DNA of 64,000 nucleotides, from positions 744,001-808,000 of the forward strand of contig AP026149.1 in the NCBI GenBank assembly GCA_030295235.1, in the 5' to 3' direction. Both the position numbers and the translations under genes were made by a program. Positions within the stretch are counted from its first letter, which is position 1. Each line of letters starts with the position of its first letter. Shown piece after piece: positions 34,075 to 48,524 of the stretch. A model generated the notes under the pieces. The model saw only the letters and a program-made list of their open reading frames with translations, searched no databases and was not told the origin of the DNA. Source of the stretch: Fistulifera solaris (taxonomy: Eukaryota).

Positions 34075-37000
34075 ATGTGGAAAAATCTTTTTACGGGAAG
34101 GCAAAACCATGCAGATGCAATGGGCCAAGAGGAATTGCCGAGCAGTGCCTCTGCGTAAGTACTTTTCTTGCATACTATCTCCTTGAAAGGACAAGAATAA
34201 TCCATCTCATCTTCGATTCATATTTCATGTTATGTTATGTTATGTATATTACAGTGAATCTCCGGGTCGTAATAGCAATGAAAAGCCACAATCGCAACGC
34301 TCTTTACAACTCCGCGCGAGTGAGACAATTCAACTAGAGCGAAAAGTGAGTATGGCGGCTCGCGAATTAGTCGAAAGCGTACAAAGTATTGTTATTGAAG
34401 CAAAAGAGAAGAAACTTGACTGGAAAGAAAGCCTTTTGCTGTTGCTGGGGGAGACATCGACCGCCGAGGAAGAAGAGGAAAAAGTCGAGGCACCGATGAC
34501 AGTTTTATTGACGCACCGCAAAACGTTACCCACCTTTGCAGCACGCTGTATCGAACAAGAGCTGCCTCCCAATCTCATTCACTGTTTGCTTCTCCTGCGG
34601 GTGCTTGAGTTGAAAAACACGGATACCGAAACGCCAGCGGCGTTCAAGGCAACACGCAACACGCTTCACCTCCTCATGGCTCTCTGTACTACTACACAAA
34701 CAGGAGAGCAATTACAGTCGCACTTGTTCGGATTACTAGCATTGAGTGGAGCTAGTTATCCAGAGACGGGATTAGCGGTCGCGATGGCGGCTTCCTCGGT
34801 CATCATAGCATTGGCGCAATACTGCTGGACGCCGCAAATTGTTTGGTATATTCACGATCGAAAGATGATCTTTCACATGACCGATGACATTAAAGATTTG
34901 ATGCAATTATCGACTGCCACTTCTGCTCCGGCTAGTACATCCTCAAATGCGTCGGTGGGTGACGGAGGAAGTATTGTTTCAAATGAATCGTCGGCTACGA
35001 ACGGTTTGGTCGGCGCTGCGGCAGAAAAGGCAGGATTGTGGAGTATGGCACTGAAGACGCTCGTTTCGTTGGTCCATTATTCCACCCAGTACGGCAGTAC
35101 TTCTTTGGTAGAGGATTTCGTGGCGGCTGGAGGTTTGGCTGTTCTTAAAACGGCTCTGGAACAATCGACAGCACCTCACGGGCGTGAGCTGGTCGAACTA
35201 ATTCCATTGTTGGTGTGCTGTGGATATCGAGTGGAACAAACCAATTTGGATGAGATTGTTCCGAATCGCACTCAACAGGCGTACGATTTAAAGCTCGTGC
35301 AACACCCGGTAGCGTTGGAGCTCTTTCAAACTCTTTTGCAGGAAACAAACCCGCTTTTCGATGAAAAGAAACAGTTCAATCATTTGTTTTCCCGGAAGCT
35401 CTTTCCGCGCTGACAAGCCGGTCCTTGACTCGCGCCTCAAATGCTGAGTGCCAACCTAAATATGCCTTTGACCTTCAAGGCGAATTTATGAGCATCTTGT
35501 TACGCTTATTTGCAGACCACCCTGACAACTACGAGCTGCTGGAGGAATCATACCATGCATTGACCTTTAGCGTTTTAGCTTTACCATGTATGCCTGTTGA
35601 CACGAAAAATCTTGTTCTCAAAACGCTAGAGTTTGTTTTGACGGGTGTTGGTGTGAAACAGCAGCTGTCACCGGTTCATGCTTGCGTGGAAATCTTCATG
35701 GCGTTGATTCACGGAACGCTCACCGAGAAAGACGACAAGTGGGTAGATGACGCAGCTCTCATGGCAAGTACTTTGGAAAAATGGCTGCAATTTGATCAGC
35801 GCGTTGCGCCACTTTTGCTGCAAAGCGGTATGATGACGGCGAAACTAGAATCGTTACTGGGATGGCTAGAACCGCAAGTCGATTTGTCTGAATCGTCCTT
35901 ACATGTTTTGCCTGCTTTGAATATCGTTTGCAGGGTGTATCGGTTGCTAGTACTACATGTACCACCACCAGAGCCGAATGTGCGGCATCCGTTGCACAAG
36001 CTACTCGAAATGACTGTTCTGCGAGATTGGAGTTTGGACGCCTGTCAAATGGTAGCTGGGGTCATAGAAAATTTTCTGATGGTACATCCACAGGACATAG
36101 TATATACCTTCGATCTTGTGATGATGATAGAAAATTCTCAGTCAAAGAAATCTATTCTCTTGTGGAATATGATTCGAAATGTTCTCGAAGTGGCAGGCAA
36201 AGACTTGTTTAGGGAGTGTGGAGGCTTCGAAAAACTTCTCGAGTGCGAAACGTTACCTTTAAATATCCTGTTGTCGGTGGTGGAGGCAGCACTGGGGCTA
36301 TCGAAAGCGGTGTCGAATTCAACTGGCAAGAAGGACGGTTTGTATTGGCAACCGTCATGGGTGGATCCCTACAGCAGTCAACTCGTTCCTTGGAGTGATA
36401 TGACTCGAAATCGATGTCATTTACTTCAAACGGATTTCTATTTTAAAGTAGCCAAAAGGGTCAATGCGGAATACGAGAAAGCATTGGACGCTGCGTTTCA
36501 ACACGTGAGACGTGACAAGGATACCATTCGAAACCCTGATGCAATCCGCTTACTAATTGCTTTAGTGAATACTCGGCCACCGCCAGAAACAGCGGCCTTT
36601 GGAGCTGTACAGCAGTTGTTGGAATGGACTGACTCGCCGAGCCTTCTGCAGCAACTTGCAAGTATGGGGCTAGTTCACTTTCTTACTGACGGAGAATGGT
36701 GGCAACCTATTCGACTTCGACTCGCAAGTTATCGTCTGTCGCTTACTGATTTTGTCGACTTGCTGCGATCCCATGCCGGCCCTTTGTTGCGACAACAAGA
36801 ACGCATCAAGGTACCCATTATTTCTGGGAGCAGTCGTAGAAGGACTGTGGGTGAGTTTGACGAGGGTCATGTAGTCGCTTGTTTGCAAACATTGGTTGAG
36901 GCTGCCCGTGCTTCTTCCCAGGCTATGTCGTCTGTGATGTTAGGAGGAGATTCAATTAATAGTTTAGCGGTGCTGAGACACGATGTCCCTTTGGTCGATC

Positions 37001-40000
37001 GTCTCCGAGCTGTTGCCGAAGAAGGCCGTCTGCATTACATGGAATTGGAGGCACTATCGTCTGCTGAAGAAAACGTCGAATCTACGCTGAATAGTAGTGG
37101 CTTTTCCTACTCACTTTGGTTTCGTCACTCGTCGGATTTTTCTAAAGCACAAGGTAATCTTTATGTTTTGGACCTGGCAAGCTCTCTTCCCGCGGAATCG
37201 ACAGCAGCAACGCCAGCAACGAATCAAGTATCGTACTTGACCGTATGGTATGACGTTTCTGACCAGCGATTCAATGTGTGTACGTCAGCGCGCGGAGAAA
37301 GCATAGGCTTTCCAGTTACGCCGCTGGCTCCTTACGTCTGGCATCATCTTATGTTAACTTACAGCCCGGCAAAGCGAAGCATGATGTCGCGAAAGAGCAC
37401 TGTCAGTTTGTACATAAATGGTCGTTCCCTCGAAGCTGAGGTCCGCGTTGACGCTGTAACCTTTCCGAGCAAATCAAAAATTTCGATTGGAGTCCCTAAT
37501 CCTACTTTGGCTGTGAGTGGTATCGTACGAGGACGGATGCCAACATGGGAGGCCGGCAATTTACTCCTTTTACAACAGTTTTGTTGGATTATGACGCCAC
37601 CGCCATCTATTGCTACGGGCCTCATTTTCCTGGGTTGCTATGGGGTGACCGACCGCAGCGCACAAGCCTAGCGGCCACCGCAACATCATCTTTGCGCAAT
37701 TTGCACTCAATCAGGAACCTGGAAGCTTAGCCAGTGCTCTACGCAGGCGTGATATAGTTAAAATGGAACGAGCTGGTTATTCGAAACACAGCGACGAGCT
37801 GCAATCCCTTCATTTGTACTGTCAAATTCCACCAGACGTTCTTTTAGCAGCATTCCAACCAGGAACGGCGCAGCGGACTAATCATCGGATCATGCAACAT
37901 CGCCTCAATAATCTTGCGGCGCTGTCAGGATCGGAGTCAGTCGCCAGTGATGCTATATTAGTGGGGCTATCTCCGATCATGGTGCGACATCCTTCTTGGT
38001 TTGCTGACGCTTTATGGCAAGCAGGTGGACCAGACTTACTTGTGCCCCTAATTCACGCCGCGCCCTCGAGTGTAATTTTGGAGCAATGCTTAGCATTGAT
38101 GCGCTTCGCCGTTCGTGGTCACATCCCGAATTTAAGTCGGTTACAATCAGCTGGCGGTTACCGAGTTCTGGGTGTCCTGCTGCAAGAAAAGCATGCTGTT
38201 GATGTAAACTGTATGGATCAGTGTCTTGCGTTCGCCATTTTCGATTACTTCCAAGAAGGGAACTGGACTTCGTGGATTCTGCAAGATTTGGATGCGATGA
38301 AGCATTTGTTGTTGAATCACAAGGTTTGGGACTTGCGTAAATATGGACCAGAGGTACCGTTGAGGCTCCTCAGGGCACTTAACCTATTGGTGGATCACCG
38401 TTCAATACACAAAGCATCCAATGCTCGTCGTCTACATCAGGTTGGTATAGTACGTTGGACCATTCATTTAATGATTGAAGCAGCAGAACTTTACATGAAC
38501 GACAAAGAGAAAGCATGGGTCTGCGACAGTCCGCTGGTGACTGAAATCACTGTGGGTGGAGATCCAGGGAACATGTTCTTGTTGGAATGCAAGAGTCTTT
38601 TGAGACGAGTGTTGACATTCATGTTGACGCCTGGCGATCTAGGGGCTTTGGCTGAAGCTTCAATTTACACAGTAAGCATCGCAAAAACAACGCTCCTAGA
38701 GACAAAGCCGCAAACGATATCTATATGCAGCCTTCGTCTATTATGCGACTGCATTTAGTGAGATTGATGGAGGAATTAATTGTCGATGGCGTCAATGAAA
38801 TTGTCGCTTCGCACACCATGAATACTGGGAAGGCTGATCGAGGACGTGACGCGGTATTCCAACCGCACAGTGGAGGTGTTGCTAGCCCCGGTCAGCCATA
38901 CTTTTCAACCCCTAATCGTCGTGGTATTCAAGCCGATGGAGTGACACTACACCCCAAGCACCAACAAGCGCAGGCCTTCCTAGCAGCGTTTTCGGGATTT
39001 CTCACCCCTGTTTGGTTCGCAACTTTGCTGGAAGGTGGCCGCGAAGAAGCAAGTGTTGCGGCTACTTTTCGATTGATGATCTTGTTATTGCAGGGCTCAA
39101 GTAGTTTTGAGTCAAGCTTCCAACAAGCTGGTGGATTCACTCCATTCGTCTTATCGGTTCCGCGTTACTCTACTTCTCCAGGCCTTGCTATCGCAATGCT
39201 GAGTCAATTGTTAAACGTTCCGATCTTGCACTTGCATTCTTTACCATATCTGGACCCTGACCAGCTCTGTGAGCTGTTTGATGCCGAAGGAGACGCTTAT
39301 ACCGAAATCCCTGTTGACGACGATCCTTCAGCTGGAATTTTTGCTTTATTGGCAGAGTGCCTAGGTCGGAACATAAAGATTTCGTACGATGAAACATCGG
39401 ATTTATCTGTCCGAGCTACTGATACCAATCAGGCAATCTTTCAGCTGCTACTGCATCGATTCGACGTATCGCCGAATTTCCGCGAGTTTTGTGCCAAAAA
39501 TTCTTTCTGTGTTCCCTTATCGCAGACGTTATGCTCAATCTTGGGTTCGAAGCTTCCGATCAAAGTAAGCGCGACGTTGGCAGAAGCGCCGCAAGGACCT
39601 AGCAAACCCTCTGAAATGTTCATCGGGAACAACCAAGATAAACATGCTCAGGGTATGGGCTTGGTTCGATTGCTGCGTCGTATTTTACTATCGAGTATCA
39701 AGGATATTCCCTTAACAGCTGCTACAACTGTTCGAACTCTGTTCCGTAGTTTTCCCATCCATGCAACGCCCGACCAAGCCCAAGCGTTCCATCTGATTCT
39801 ACTAGAGAATTGTTCGTTCTCGATGGAAAAGGTATTAGAGGAGGGTGATGCAATCGCTGTTGCGAATTGTGTTGGGATAGGCTCCGTTTTGCTGGAACTT
39901 GTCGTGCAAGGATTTTTTTCTGGACAGGCATTACTGCAGGCATTTCAAATCACAGCCGGGGTTTTGGACAAATTAGTTAAATTCGAAACCAATTCTGTTC

Positions 40001-43000
40001 ATTCTTTGTCCAATGCGGAACATTCTTTCATGACGCACGACGCAGCACACATCACTCAAGCCATGGCAGCAGTAGCCTTACAACAAAGCGCGATTGCACG
40101 CCCTTACTTGCGAATGGGAGACGAAGATCTACAAAGTGCTCTTTTGCAAGAACTAACTGAGCGAGTAGACATCGTGCTTCTCGTGCCGTCAAGCGATCGG
40201 CGCCATGCGCGGCGCATCCCAGCTCACAAGTTTCCACGCCCCGCACCAGGAAATAAAATGTACCGACTGTGGCTGTCGACGTCTGTAGCTCGAGTCATAG
40301 AAACCAGATTCTATCCCGATTTGGCTTCCAGTGAACGCCCTGATTTAGCAGTATTGGCGCCTTTACTCGTGGTTGTCTACCAACTACTCGTCGACGGACG
40401 AGATGATATTCGTGGAATGTGTATCACTATTTTGGTCCGTCTATTAAAGCATCGCGAAAAGGCGATGACTGAGTTACTCGTTGCTCAATTTCAACAGTCA
40501 GATGGAACCGTGGAGCGGGTCGACATTGTGACACGCGGGGGTTTTCGTGCTCTTTTGTTGGCGTACGAAGAAGGAGGGACGCCCCAAAGCCTACAACGGC
40601 GTTATGCATCTTTTTTCGAGTGGTTAGATCGTCAGGGTGAGCAAGTCGACGTTGTTTTTGATTCTGTCCAACGTGTTAGCAATGATCTGTTTCCAGCGCT
40701 TTCGAGGTATTCCACAAGCAGTCAGTCGCCAATCTATGCTATAGAAGCAGAGCAAAAGCGTATGCTGCTCAAACTGACAGCCGAAGACTCTGATCGTACT
40801 ATCATCGGAGGTCTAGAGCGCTCTGAATTATCCCGTCACTGTAATGAACGAACATTAGAAAGGCACAATCGATGGAAGCGACAAGGTTTTGACGATTTAG
40901 CTTACGGTGCCATGGCACTCAAGATCTTACTTCGAAGATTAAAAGGCCCTTTTAGCGTATGGGAAGGCAACCAATTGCCTTTTGAAGACGTAAAACATTG
41001 GAAATTAGACATGACTGAAGGGCACGAAAGACAACGACGGAGGTTGCTGCCGAACTACGAATTTCATGACTTGTATAACTTAGACGTGACTATCCAGGAG
41101 GATTCGCCTGTTGCGGAAGTAGGCATCGAACAAGAAGCCGAAGAGTCGATTATTGAAGAACGCGTGGTTGCTTTGGAAGCTACGGCTGAGTTACTAAAAG
41201 ATTTGAAACTGAAGCGAGCTCAGCATCGCGATGTGGAAGACGATTTGGAAGAGTTCAATGAAGATGCTGCTGAAGATGTAACTGTCGCGACCACAGCAAC
41301 GGCTGCTAGTTCCATGGATGGTAGCACTCTTGCTGATTCTGAAACAAATGAAAAACCCGCCGAATCGAAGGAGGAAGTTTCGGACGAGGAGAGCGAAAAG
41401 AAGGTCCCAGCAACGACGATTCGTACGAGCTGGTCATTGGATTACTGCGAAAGGGAGACTGGCCATTGAAGAGTTATAATTGTCGACGCTGTACTGGTTT
41501 AGAGGTTATGCAAGCACTTTTCTTGTTCTGTCAGGAAGCTGTTTACATTATTGACGGTTTCGAACAAATTAACGGAGAAAAGATTTCACGCGTTGAGCGG
41601 GAGAAGTCCTCATACCATGTCTCGCTGCGACCGAAAGATTTTAAGACAACGGAGGAAGAGGATGCAGAAAAGGGAGGAACAGCCAAGGCAATTAGTAGCG
41701 TAAAAACTCGGGAAAAGGATACAAAGAGACACCCCGGCGATTTGACTGCAGAAGTCTTGCACCAGCATCGGAGTCAGCGCATCGAGTTTTCGCAGCTATA
41801 CTCAGTTTTGCGAAGACGCTACCAGTTGCAGCAGAGCGGACTCGAGTTCTTTGATATTCACAAAAATGCCACCTTAATTGCTTTTGATAATAACAGCGAT
41901 CGCGAGGGAGGTTCTTACCAAAATTCTCTCCAGCCAATTGCACCCGGATAGCATTTTTTCCGTTTTCGGTTCTTCCAACTACGTCAAAACGATTTCGAAT
42001 TACAAGCAACGGATCATTTCTCAATGGATGAAAGGTCAAATGACGAACTTTGATTTCCTTATGCATCTCAACAGTCTTGCCGGCCGTTCGTTTAACGATC
42101 TCACTCAATATCCTGTGTTTCCATGGATTATCGCCGATTACGATTCTGAAGAAATTGATTTGCATGATCCCAAAACATACCGTGATTTGAGTAAAAACAT
42201 GGGGTCACTGGGCGAGGAGCGGGCACAGCAATTTCGCGAGCGATACGAAGCACTTGAGTCGACCTACTTCGGAGAAGACGATCCACCACCGTTCCACTTC
42301 GGTACTCACTTTTCCTCTGCAGCTTACACACTTTACTATCTCATGCGCCTTGAGCCATTCTCAAGACTTGCGTTAGCTCTTCAAGGGGGTCGATTCGATG
42401 TAGCAGATCGTCTGTTTCACGACATTGGTCGGTCTTGGAAAAGTGCATCCTCCGAGAACCTGCAAGATGTTCGCGAACTTATTCCCGAGTTCTTTTACTT
42501 ACCAGATTTCCTCACCAATACAAATGGATTTGATTTTGGTGTCACACAGAAAGGGAAATCAGTTCATGACGTTACCTTGCCGAAGTGGGCCAAAGGCGAC
42601 CCTGAACGATTTGTGAGAATCAATCGACAAGCGCTTGAAAGCACGTACGTGAGTCAACACTTACATCAATGGGTCGACCTGGTGTTCGGATATAAGCAAC
42701 GCAGTATTGAAGATTTAAACGTCTTCGTACATGTAACATACGAAGGAGAAGTAGACCTGGAAAGCATGACCGATCCAATTCAACGAGCAAGTACAATTGC
42801 GCAGATCCAAAATTTTGGACAAACTCCTAGTCGTCTAGAGCGAAGACCTTTCCCGGCTCGTCAAGTCGTCTCTGTTGTTCGTGATAGCATGATCGATTTC
42901 AGTGTCTTGCCGCAGCTGGCCTTGATGACTCCGCCGCTTTGTGTAATGGGTGCACCACACCTAGTAAAGCTAAGCATGACACACTCTGAGACTGTGAGGT

Positions 43001-43935
43001 TAGGTCTGTTTGGACAAGTCGATCGAACGGTTGGCGATTTGTTTTTGGTGAAGGGGCAAGTCATGGGCGTCGGTCGCATGTGCACCATGATGATGGCTCA
43101 GAAGAAGTACATCCGCTATGGCGGCTTGACAAATGGCATCAGCATTTACAATTGCGCAGCACCAAACCGTCACCGAGAAGGCGGAAACTTATTCAGTTTA
43201 CACGATGGGTTACACCGTATGCCCATATCTGCTGCCAAAGCAAGCGTGCGCGGAGATTGGATGGTGACCGGTAGCTTGGATTCAACAATTCGCGTTTGGC
43301 AACTCACATCCGATAAGCTTCATTATCAAGCCGTCCTCTCGGGGAATGACGGTTACCCGATAACTTGTCTCGATTTGTGCACTGAGTTTAGCATGATCGT
43401 GAGTGGTTCAGAAAAAGGTCGCGTTATTGTTTGGGATCTGCGCTCGTTGAGTTTCGTCCGCCACTTGCCAACTCTTGAAGGAAAACCCGTTCACAGTGTT
43501 TCCATCAACAACAAGAACGGGAATATTTTGAGTCTCGCAGGGTCACAGCTTATGCTAACCACTATCAATGGCAAAGTACTTGGCGAACGAAAGTCATTTT
43601 CTAGCCCTCCTACCTACGCTGTGGCAACCGATTGTCCAGAATGGATGGAAAACGGCGTGGTAGCAGTGACAGGACATGCTTGTGGTAAAGTGTGCTTATG
43701 GAGCTTAAATATTCAAGCGCGTGACTTTATCTTGCGTCACACGCTTGAAGACAGTCCACACAAGAATGCCATTACTTGCGTGCGAGTAGCTGGGGATACG
43801 CGACAGGATCATGTTTTGGTCGGAGATTCCAGCGGCAGGATGTCTTGCTGGAAAGTCTTGCAACTGGAAATGGTGGACGCGAATGAGTTGGAAGTCATCA
43901 CGGAACAAATCATTAATGATCGGCCTTACATTTAA
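34075..43935 (+). CDS. Large BEACH-domain protein (ConA-like, PH, BEACH, WD40; WDFY3/LvsA/SPIRRIG-like)
   Basis: WKLDMTEG..RQRRRL, RRYQLQQSGLEFF, MTNFDFLMHLNSLAGRSFNDLTQYPVFPWII, DVRELIPEFF, WVDLVFGYKQ, NFGQTP, then WD40 repeats. First exon MWKNLF... splices in frame over intron 34155-34254. About six apparent frameshifts split the ORF. Confidence 0.92.
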
Positions 43936-44547
43936 AAATATCAGCTATAGACATAAACAGCTTACCATCATTGAATTCTAAAAGGGTCTGTTCACGGAAG
44001 GTTTGACGGGAAATTACTTTTCGTCACCCGCACGTACCGGGACTGAAAATTGGCTGAGTCGTAGAAAATATGTGCCTACATTTTATGAGTTAGTGAATAT
44101 CTTGCCATCCACTCGTAAGCACCAGAGAGAGGCAAACGCAATGAACACAAATACAATTACAATGTTCGATTAACGGTATCTGGCTTGAATGGTATCGATA
44201 TGTCGTTTGTAAAAAGACGCCTCGTTCTTGCGCTCCTTGACGATTTTCAAAGATCTAGTTAAGTACCGGTACGATTTAAAATAAAGATCCAAGTTACGTG
44301 CGTCAGTTGTCTGGCAGCCTGTCCTTCCAAGAAAGACACGTTTTTGGACAACAGCTTTGTGGACAGTACTGAAACGCAGCAGCATTTGACACCCATCAAT
44401 TTTCGACAGTAACTAAGAACAAGAACAAGAACAACAACAAAACACCAAAAACCCAAAGCAAAAGCACAGAACAGTTGCGGCTCATCTCGTTCTTTATTTC
44501 TCTCTCAATAATAATCGTCTTCATTATTCAATCCCTCTTCATTTAAG

Positions 44548-46355
44548 ATGAAGTATTCATTCTTGGTATTCGCAATCACTTTGGCTTTGTCGTGCCCTTC
44601 TAGTTTGACGTTTACGCTCCTTCCGAAATCGCAAAGATGCTTTTCATTCTCGCCTTTGCACATGGCTGATACAAGCAATCGCGCCGTAGTCACTCGTTTG
44701 CCCGACTCAGCGGTCGAAATTCAAATCCCTGTTCCTGGTAGTGCTACGAAAGCCGCTTACGAAAAAGTGGCCGCCGAATTGTCAAAAACTATTGCTGTTC
44801 CGGGCTTTCGCAAGGGTAGCAAGATTCCTCCACAAGTACTCGAGCAAGCCATGTCGGCAAAGGGAGGAAGAAACGCTTTAAAAGTACAGGCAATAAACGA
44901 ACTACTGCGCGAGCTCGTAGAACCAACTTTGAAGCAAGAAAATCTAGATCCCATCGGACAAGCTACATTGCTAACCCCTGCCGAGACTCTAGCCGAAACC
45001 TATGTTCCTGGACAAGATATTACTTTACCTGTGCGTTGTGATGTATGGCCCGAAATCAAGTTCAGTGGACCTTATACCGGATTGAAGGGATCCTACACCC
45101 GAAAGCCCTTTAATCAAGAGAAATTAGAGAAGGCTCTCTTCGATTTGAAGGAACGATACGCGAAACTGGAAGCTATCGAGGATGCTTCTTACGCTTTGCA
45201 AATGGGCGATGCCTGCACAGTGAATATGGAGGGTTATATGGGAAATGGAGATGGTTCCAAAGGCGAACCTTTGCCGAACGCTGCTTCGGGTGACAATGTA
45301 GAAGTTATTTTAGGGCCGGGAAGATACATGGAAGGTCTGGTGGAAGGATTAGTAGGAGCCAAAGTGGGTGAAACACGAACTGTATCGGTGGCCTTCCCCG
45401 AGGTAGGTGAAGTTTGGATCTGACAATATCTTCGGCTTTCTATGCAATGTCTGACACTGCTAAATTGTGTACGTTGCAGAAACTTCGTGACAAGAGTCTG
45501 GCCGGCAAGAAAGCGATTTTCGATGTCGAGGTGTTGCAAGTAGCAAAGCGTGTCGTACCTGAACTCACGGATGAATTCGCCGCTCAAGTAAAAGCGGGCC
45601 TGACCAAAGAAACGCTCTTGAGAGAACTTCGTAAGGCTATTGACGAAGAGGATGCTAAGGAATTTCTTCCTGCAAGAAATAAGGCACTCGGTGAAGCTCT
45701 CTCTAAAATCGTGGAAGTGGATGTTCCCGACACACTTGTCACAAACCAGGCAAGAGAGAAATTTGCCGTCATGATGGCGGATATGCGTGATAATGGAGTC
45801 GCAGACGCCGAAATTAAACGACAAATCAACCCAGAAAACTTTGCCAAGTACAAGGAGATTGTAAAAGATGACATTATCCGAGATTTTAAGGTCAGCATGG
45901 CAACAGATGAAATTGGCCGACTAGAGGGTATTACAGTTCCTGATTACCAGGTCGAGGAGCAAATGCAGTCAATCCAAAAAGATATGCAAAAAGGAGAAGA
46001 GTACGACGAAAACATGATTCGAGCACGAGTGCAAGCAACGCTGGAACGACAAGCCGTCATGAATTGGTTGGCAGAAAAAGCTGATTTGGAGGTGATTGAA
46101 AAGACGGAGGAACAATTCGATGCGGATTTAATGGAAAAGTTGGCTCAAGAATCGTTGGAGCGCGAACAAACGCTGGCGGCCAAGAAGGTAGACGAGACTG
46201 CCACCCAGGCACCACAGACCGGAAAGAAATTGGAGGATATGACGTTGGAAGAAAAGGCCTTTCAAGCTCTTGTTGATGCCGGTGCTGTAAAACCGAATGA
46301 CGATCCCAACAGCCCCGACTACGATCATTCTACTGATAATGAAATTGCGTCGTAA
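44548..46355 (+). CDS. tig: Trigger factor, plastid-targeted
   Basis: Signal/transit peptide, VPGFRKGSKIP ribosome-binding motif, FKBP-like YMEGLVEGLVGAKVGETRTVSVAFPE|KLRDKSLAGKKAIFDV. Intron 45403-45479. Confidence 0.93.
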
Positions 46356-46463
46356 CTTTCCTTTAGTTGAGGGATAAGTTGCACCACTGCGTTCTACTAA
46401 CTTTCAATTAATGAGATAAGTAACACTACCATTATCGTTGACATCAAAAATGACAAAGAGTGC

Positions 46464-48524
46464 TTAACGAGCAAAGATGAGGCTCATGCTGGCCCGTCGC
46501 CCACGTTTATGAGACCCACTGATAAGACTTCGTGCTTCGGACTGAGCATCTGAGATTGTGTTTAGAGCTTGTCCTGTCCCCTTTGCTGCATCGCTAGAGT
46601 CTCTCTTATTGTTCTCATTTGCTTTATCAATAAAAGCTTGGTCACGAACAAAAATCTTTCTACATTCAGCCTGGAAGTCGTCCTCCCGAAGCTCGTTCCC
46701 CTTCTTCGATTGGCTTTTCTTCTTAGTCGTCGCGGTTATGCTTTTAACTCTCTTCGATGGACTAACATTTCTGACGGGACTCGAATGGGCCGACGAACTA
46801 TTTTTGCCCAAATACTTCGAAGTTTTTGCCAGCAGTTTGTCCACTTTTTTCATTTTCTTGGCCTGGACATCACTATTGTCGTCTGAATCACTTTCGGAAC
46901 AGTAAGAAAAGACCGGATTTTTTGTAGCAGCCCCGCCTTGGTTCACTGAAGATGGCTCTGAAGCATTCGGCATGGGTTTGCTGGATATATCACAGTCTAC
47001 GGTTGCATCTACCGCACACTCCTGGTGCCAAGAGCTTTCGCGCAAAACATTTTCTAGGGAGCGATCGGAATCATTGCAATGAGAAAGTAGCCGTTGAGAC
47101 AGAAGAAGAGCATTGCTGCTATCTCCATCCGAATACTGAAAATCTGAACATGAAAGGACTTCCAATAGTGTGATTGTTTCACCAGAATCAAAGAAATTTC
47201 TCAAGGAATCCGGTTCAATCTTCTGGACATCCAATAGCGTCAGATCTTCCCCTTCCATAGTACTTTCCATCATAGCAGCAAGTTCTGCCTTTGCTCTCGC
47301 AATTTGGCGTTGTAGTCGCTCGATAACCAATTTCTTTTCGTATTGCGCCAAAAGCTTTCTCCTATTTTCCTCCCATACTTCTTTTTCAAAATCGATTCGA
47401 TGAGCGTCTTTGATTTGATCCTGCATGATTTTCAGCGAACCCACTTCAGTTCCTTTCATTTCGTGATGCAAGTTAAAAATATTGTCGATCGCTCTCATTT
47501 TCTCTGCAACCGTTTCTCCACGTGTGACTCCATTTCCGACCGAGCTACGCCTTTTTGCCTTTGCGGTATGTGTCACGTAATGTTGCATGATGGATTCTTC
47601 TTCCCGTGTCAGCTTGTTGAGCTCCTCAAGTTTTTGTTTTAACACCGGGCGTGGCTGTGGGCTAGAAAGTAGATCACTAAAGGGAATTGAACCCGGACCG
47701 CATGTTTGGTCGGTGCGTTTCTTAGCTTGATCTTCCGCTTTTTGTTCAGAGGAGTTCAAATTGACAAAAGGCAACTGATAGAGTCGGTTGTCCTGCTCAG
47801 ATCTACTGGAATCTGTTTTTTCAAAAATATCAAAAGCCGGTTTGATAGATGCCGGTAGCGCTTTTCGACGTGGAGAATTAAGCGGCCTATCGGAGTGCGA
47901 GCCGGCTGTTTGATCTTCTGAGCCGTCCACTGTCACTTTTTCCCATACTTTTCCTCGTTTGACGAATCGAGCCGTTTTTGTCGGTGATAAACTTGTTGCC
48001 CTAGGAGGCCTATGTTCAAAATGACCTTTGTTTGTCCCGTATTCCGACGACGAACTTATATTCACAGGCATTCCCGTTGAGTTACGACGATTACGAACAC
48101 ATCGCTGAGGCTCATCCCTTTGATTGACATCACCGTATTCGAAAACAGCAAGTCTGTCTACTATAGAACCCTTGCCATGTCGCGAAGGCTCACAAGCATT
48201 CGTAGGCTGTGAAGAATCATCGCGGAGTGTCGTGTCATGGCTTTCAAACAGAATAATCTTTTCTGACACGGAGCCTCTACGATGCCTTGATGATCTGTAT
48301 GTCGAAAGTGAATCATCTCTGCGTGTTTTTTCGGTGGAGTCGTATAAACTGCTCCGATCCGCTCCAATACTTCTTCGCCTTGATCGAATCTGAGAGTCGA
48401 TTGTGTTCGTAATAAAGTCCTCCGTATTATAACAAAAAGTCGATTCCGACGTCGAATGATCATCCACATTATCGTTTTCGGTGACTGAATGCAACGACAT
48501 AGGAAGCGACGACATAGACGACAT
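46464..48524 (-). CDS. Uncharacterised, largely disordered protein with a coiled-coil core (paralog of 49359..52087)
   Basis: 686-aa intact ORF sharing three conserved blocks with the neighbouring gene. Confidence 0.8.
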   Translation of the reverse strand: MSSMSSLPMSLHSVTENDNVDDHSTSESTFCYNTEDFITNTIDSQIRSRRRSIGADRSSLYDSTEKTRRDDSLSTYRSSRHRRGSVSEKIILFESHDTTLRDDSSQPTNACEPSRHGKGSIVDRLAVFEYGDVNQRDEPQRCVRNRRNSTGMPVNISSSSEYGTNKGHFEHRPPRATSLSPTKTARFVKRGKVWEKVTVDGSEDQTAGSHSDRPLNSPRRKALPASIKPAFDIFEKTDSSRSEQDNRLYQLPFVNLNSSEQKAEDQAKKRTDQTCGPGSIPFSDLLSSPQPRPVLKQKLEELNKLTREEESIMQHYVTHTAKAKRRSSVGNGVTRGETVAEKMRAIDNIFNLHHEMKGTEVGSLKIMQDQIKDAHRIDFEKEVWEENRRKLLAQYEKKLVIERLQRQIARAKAELAAMMESTMEGEDLTLLDVQKIEPDSLRNFFDSGETITLLEVLSCSDFQYSDGDSSNALLLSQRLLSHCNDSDRSLENVLRESSWHQECAVDATVDCDISSKPMPNASEPSSVNQGGAATKNPVFSYCSESDSDDNSDVQAKKMKKVDKLLAKTSKYLGKNSSSAHSSPVRNVSPSKRVKSITATTKKKSQSKKGNELREDDFQAECRKIFVRDQAFIDKANENNKRDSSDAAKGTGQALNTISDAQSEARSLISGSHKRGRRASMSLIFAR

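Noticed and set aside
34075..43935. BEACH gene (and SAT, LRR, VWA copies 2/3) as pseudogenes or programmed frameshifting
   Set aside because: The breaks I traced are single-base indels in homopolymer runs, they affect many conserved genes, and they differ between near-identical copies 2 and 3. Sequencing error is the simplest explanation.
44548..46355. Trigger factor or cysE as bacterial HGT or contamination
   Set aside because: Both have spliceosomal introns and targeting peptides, as expected of nuclear-encoded plastid proteins.
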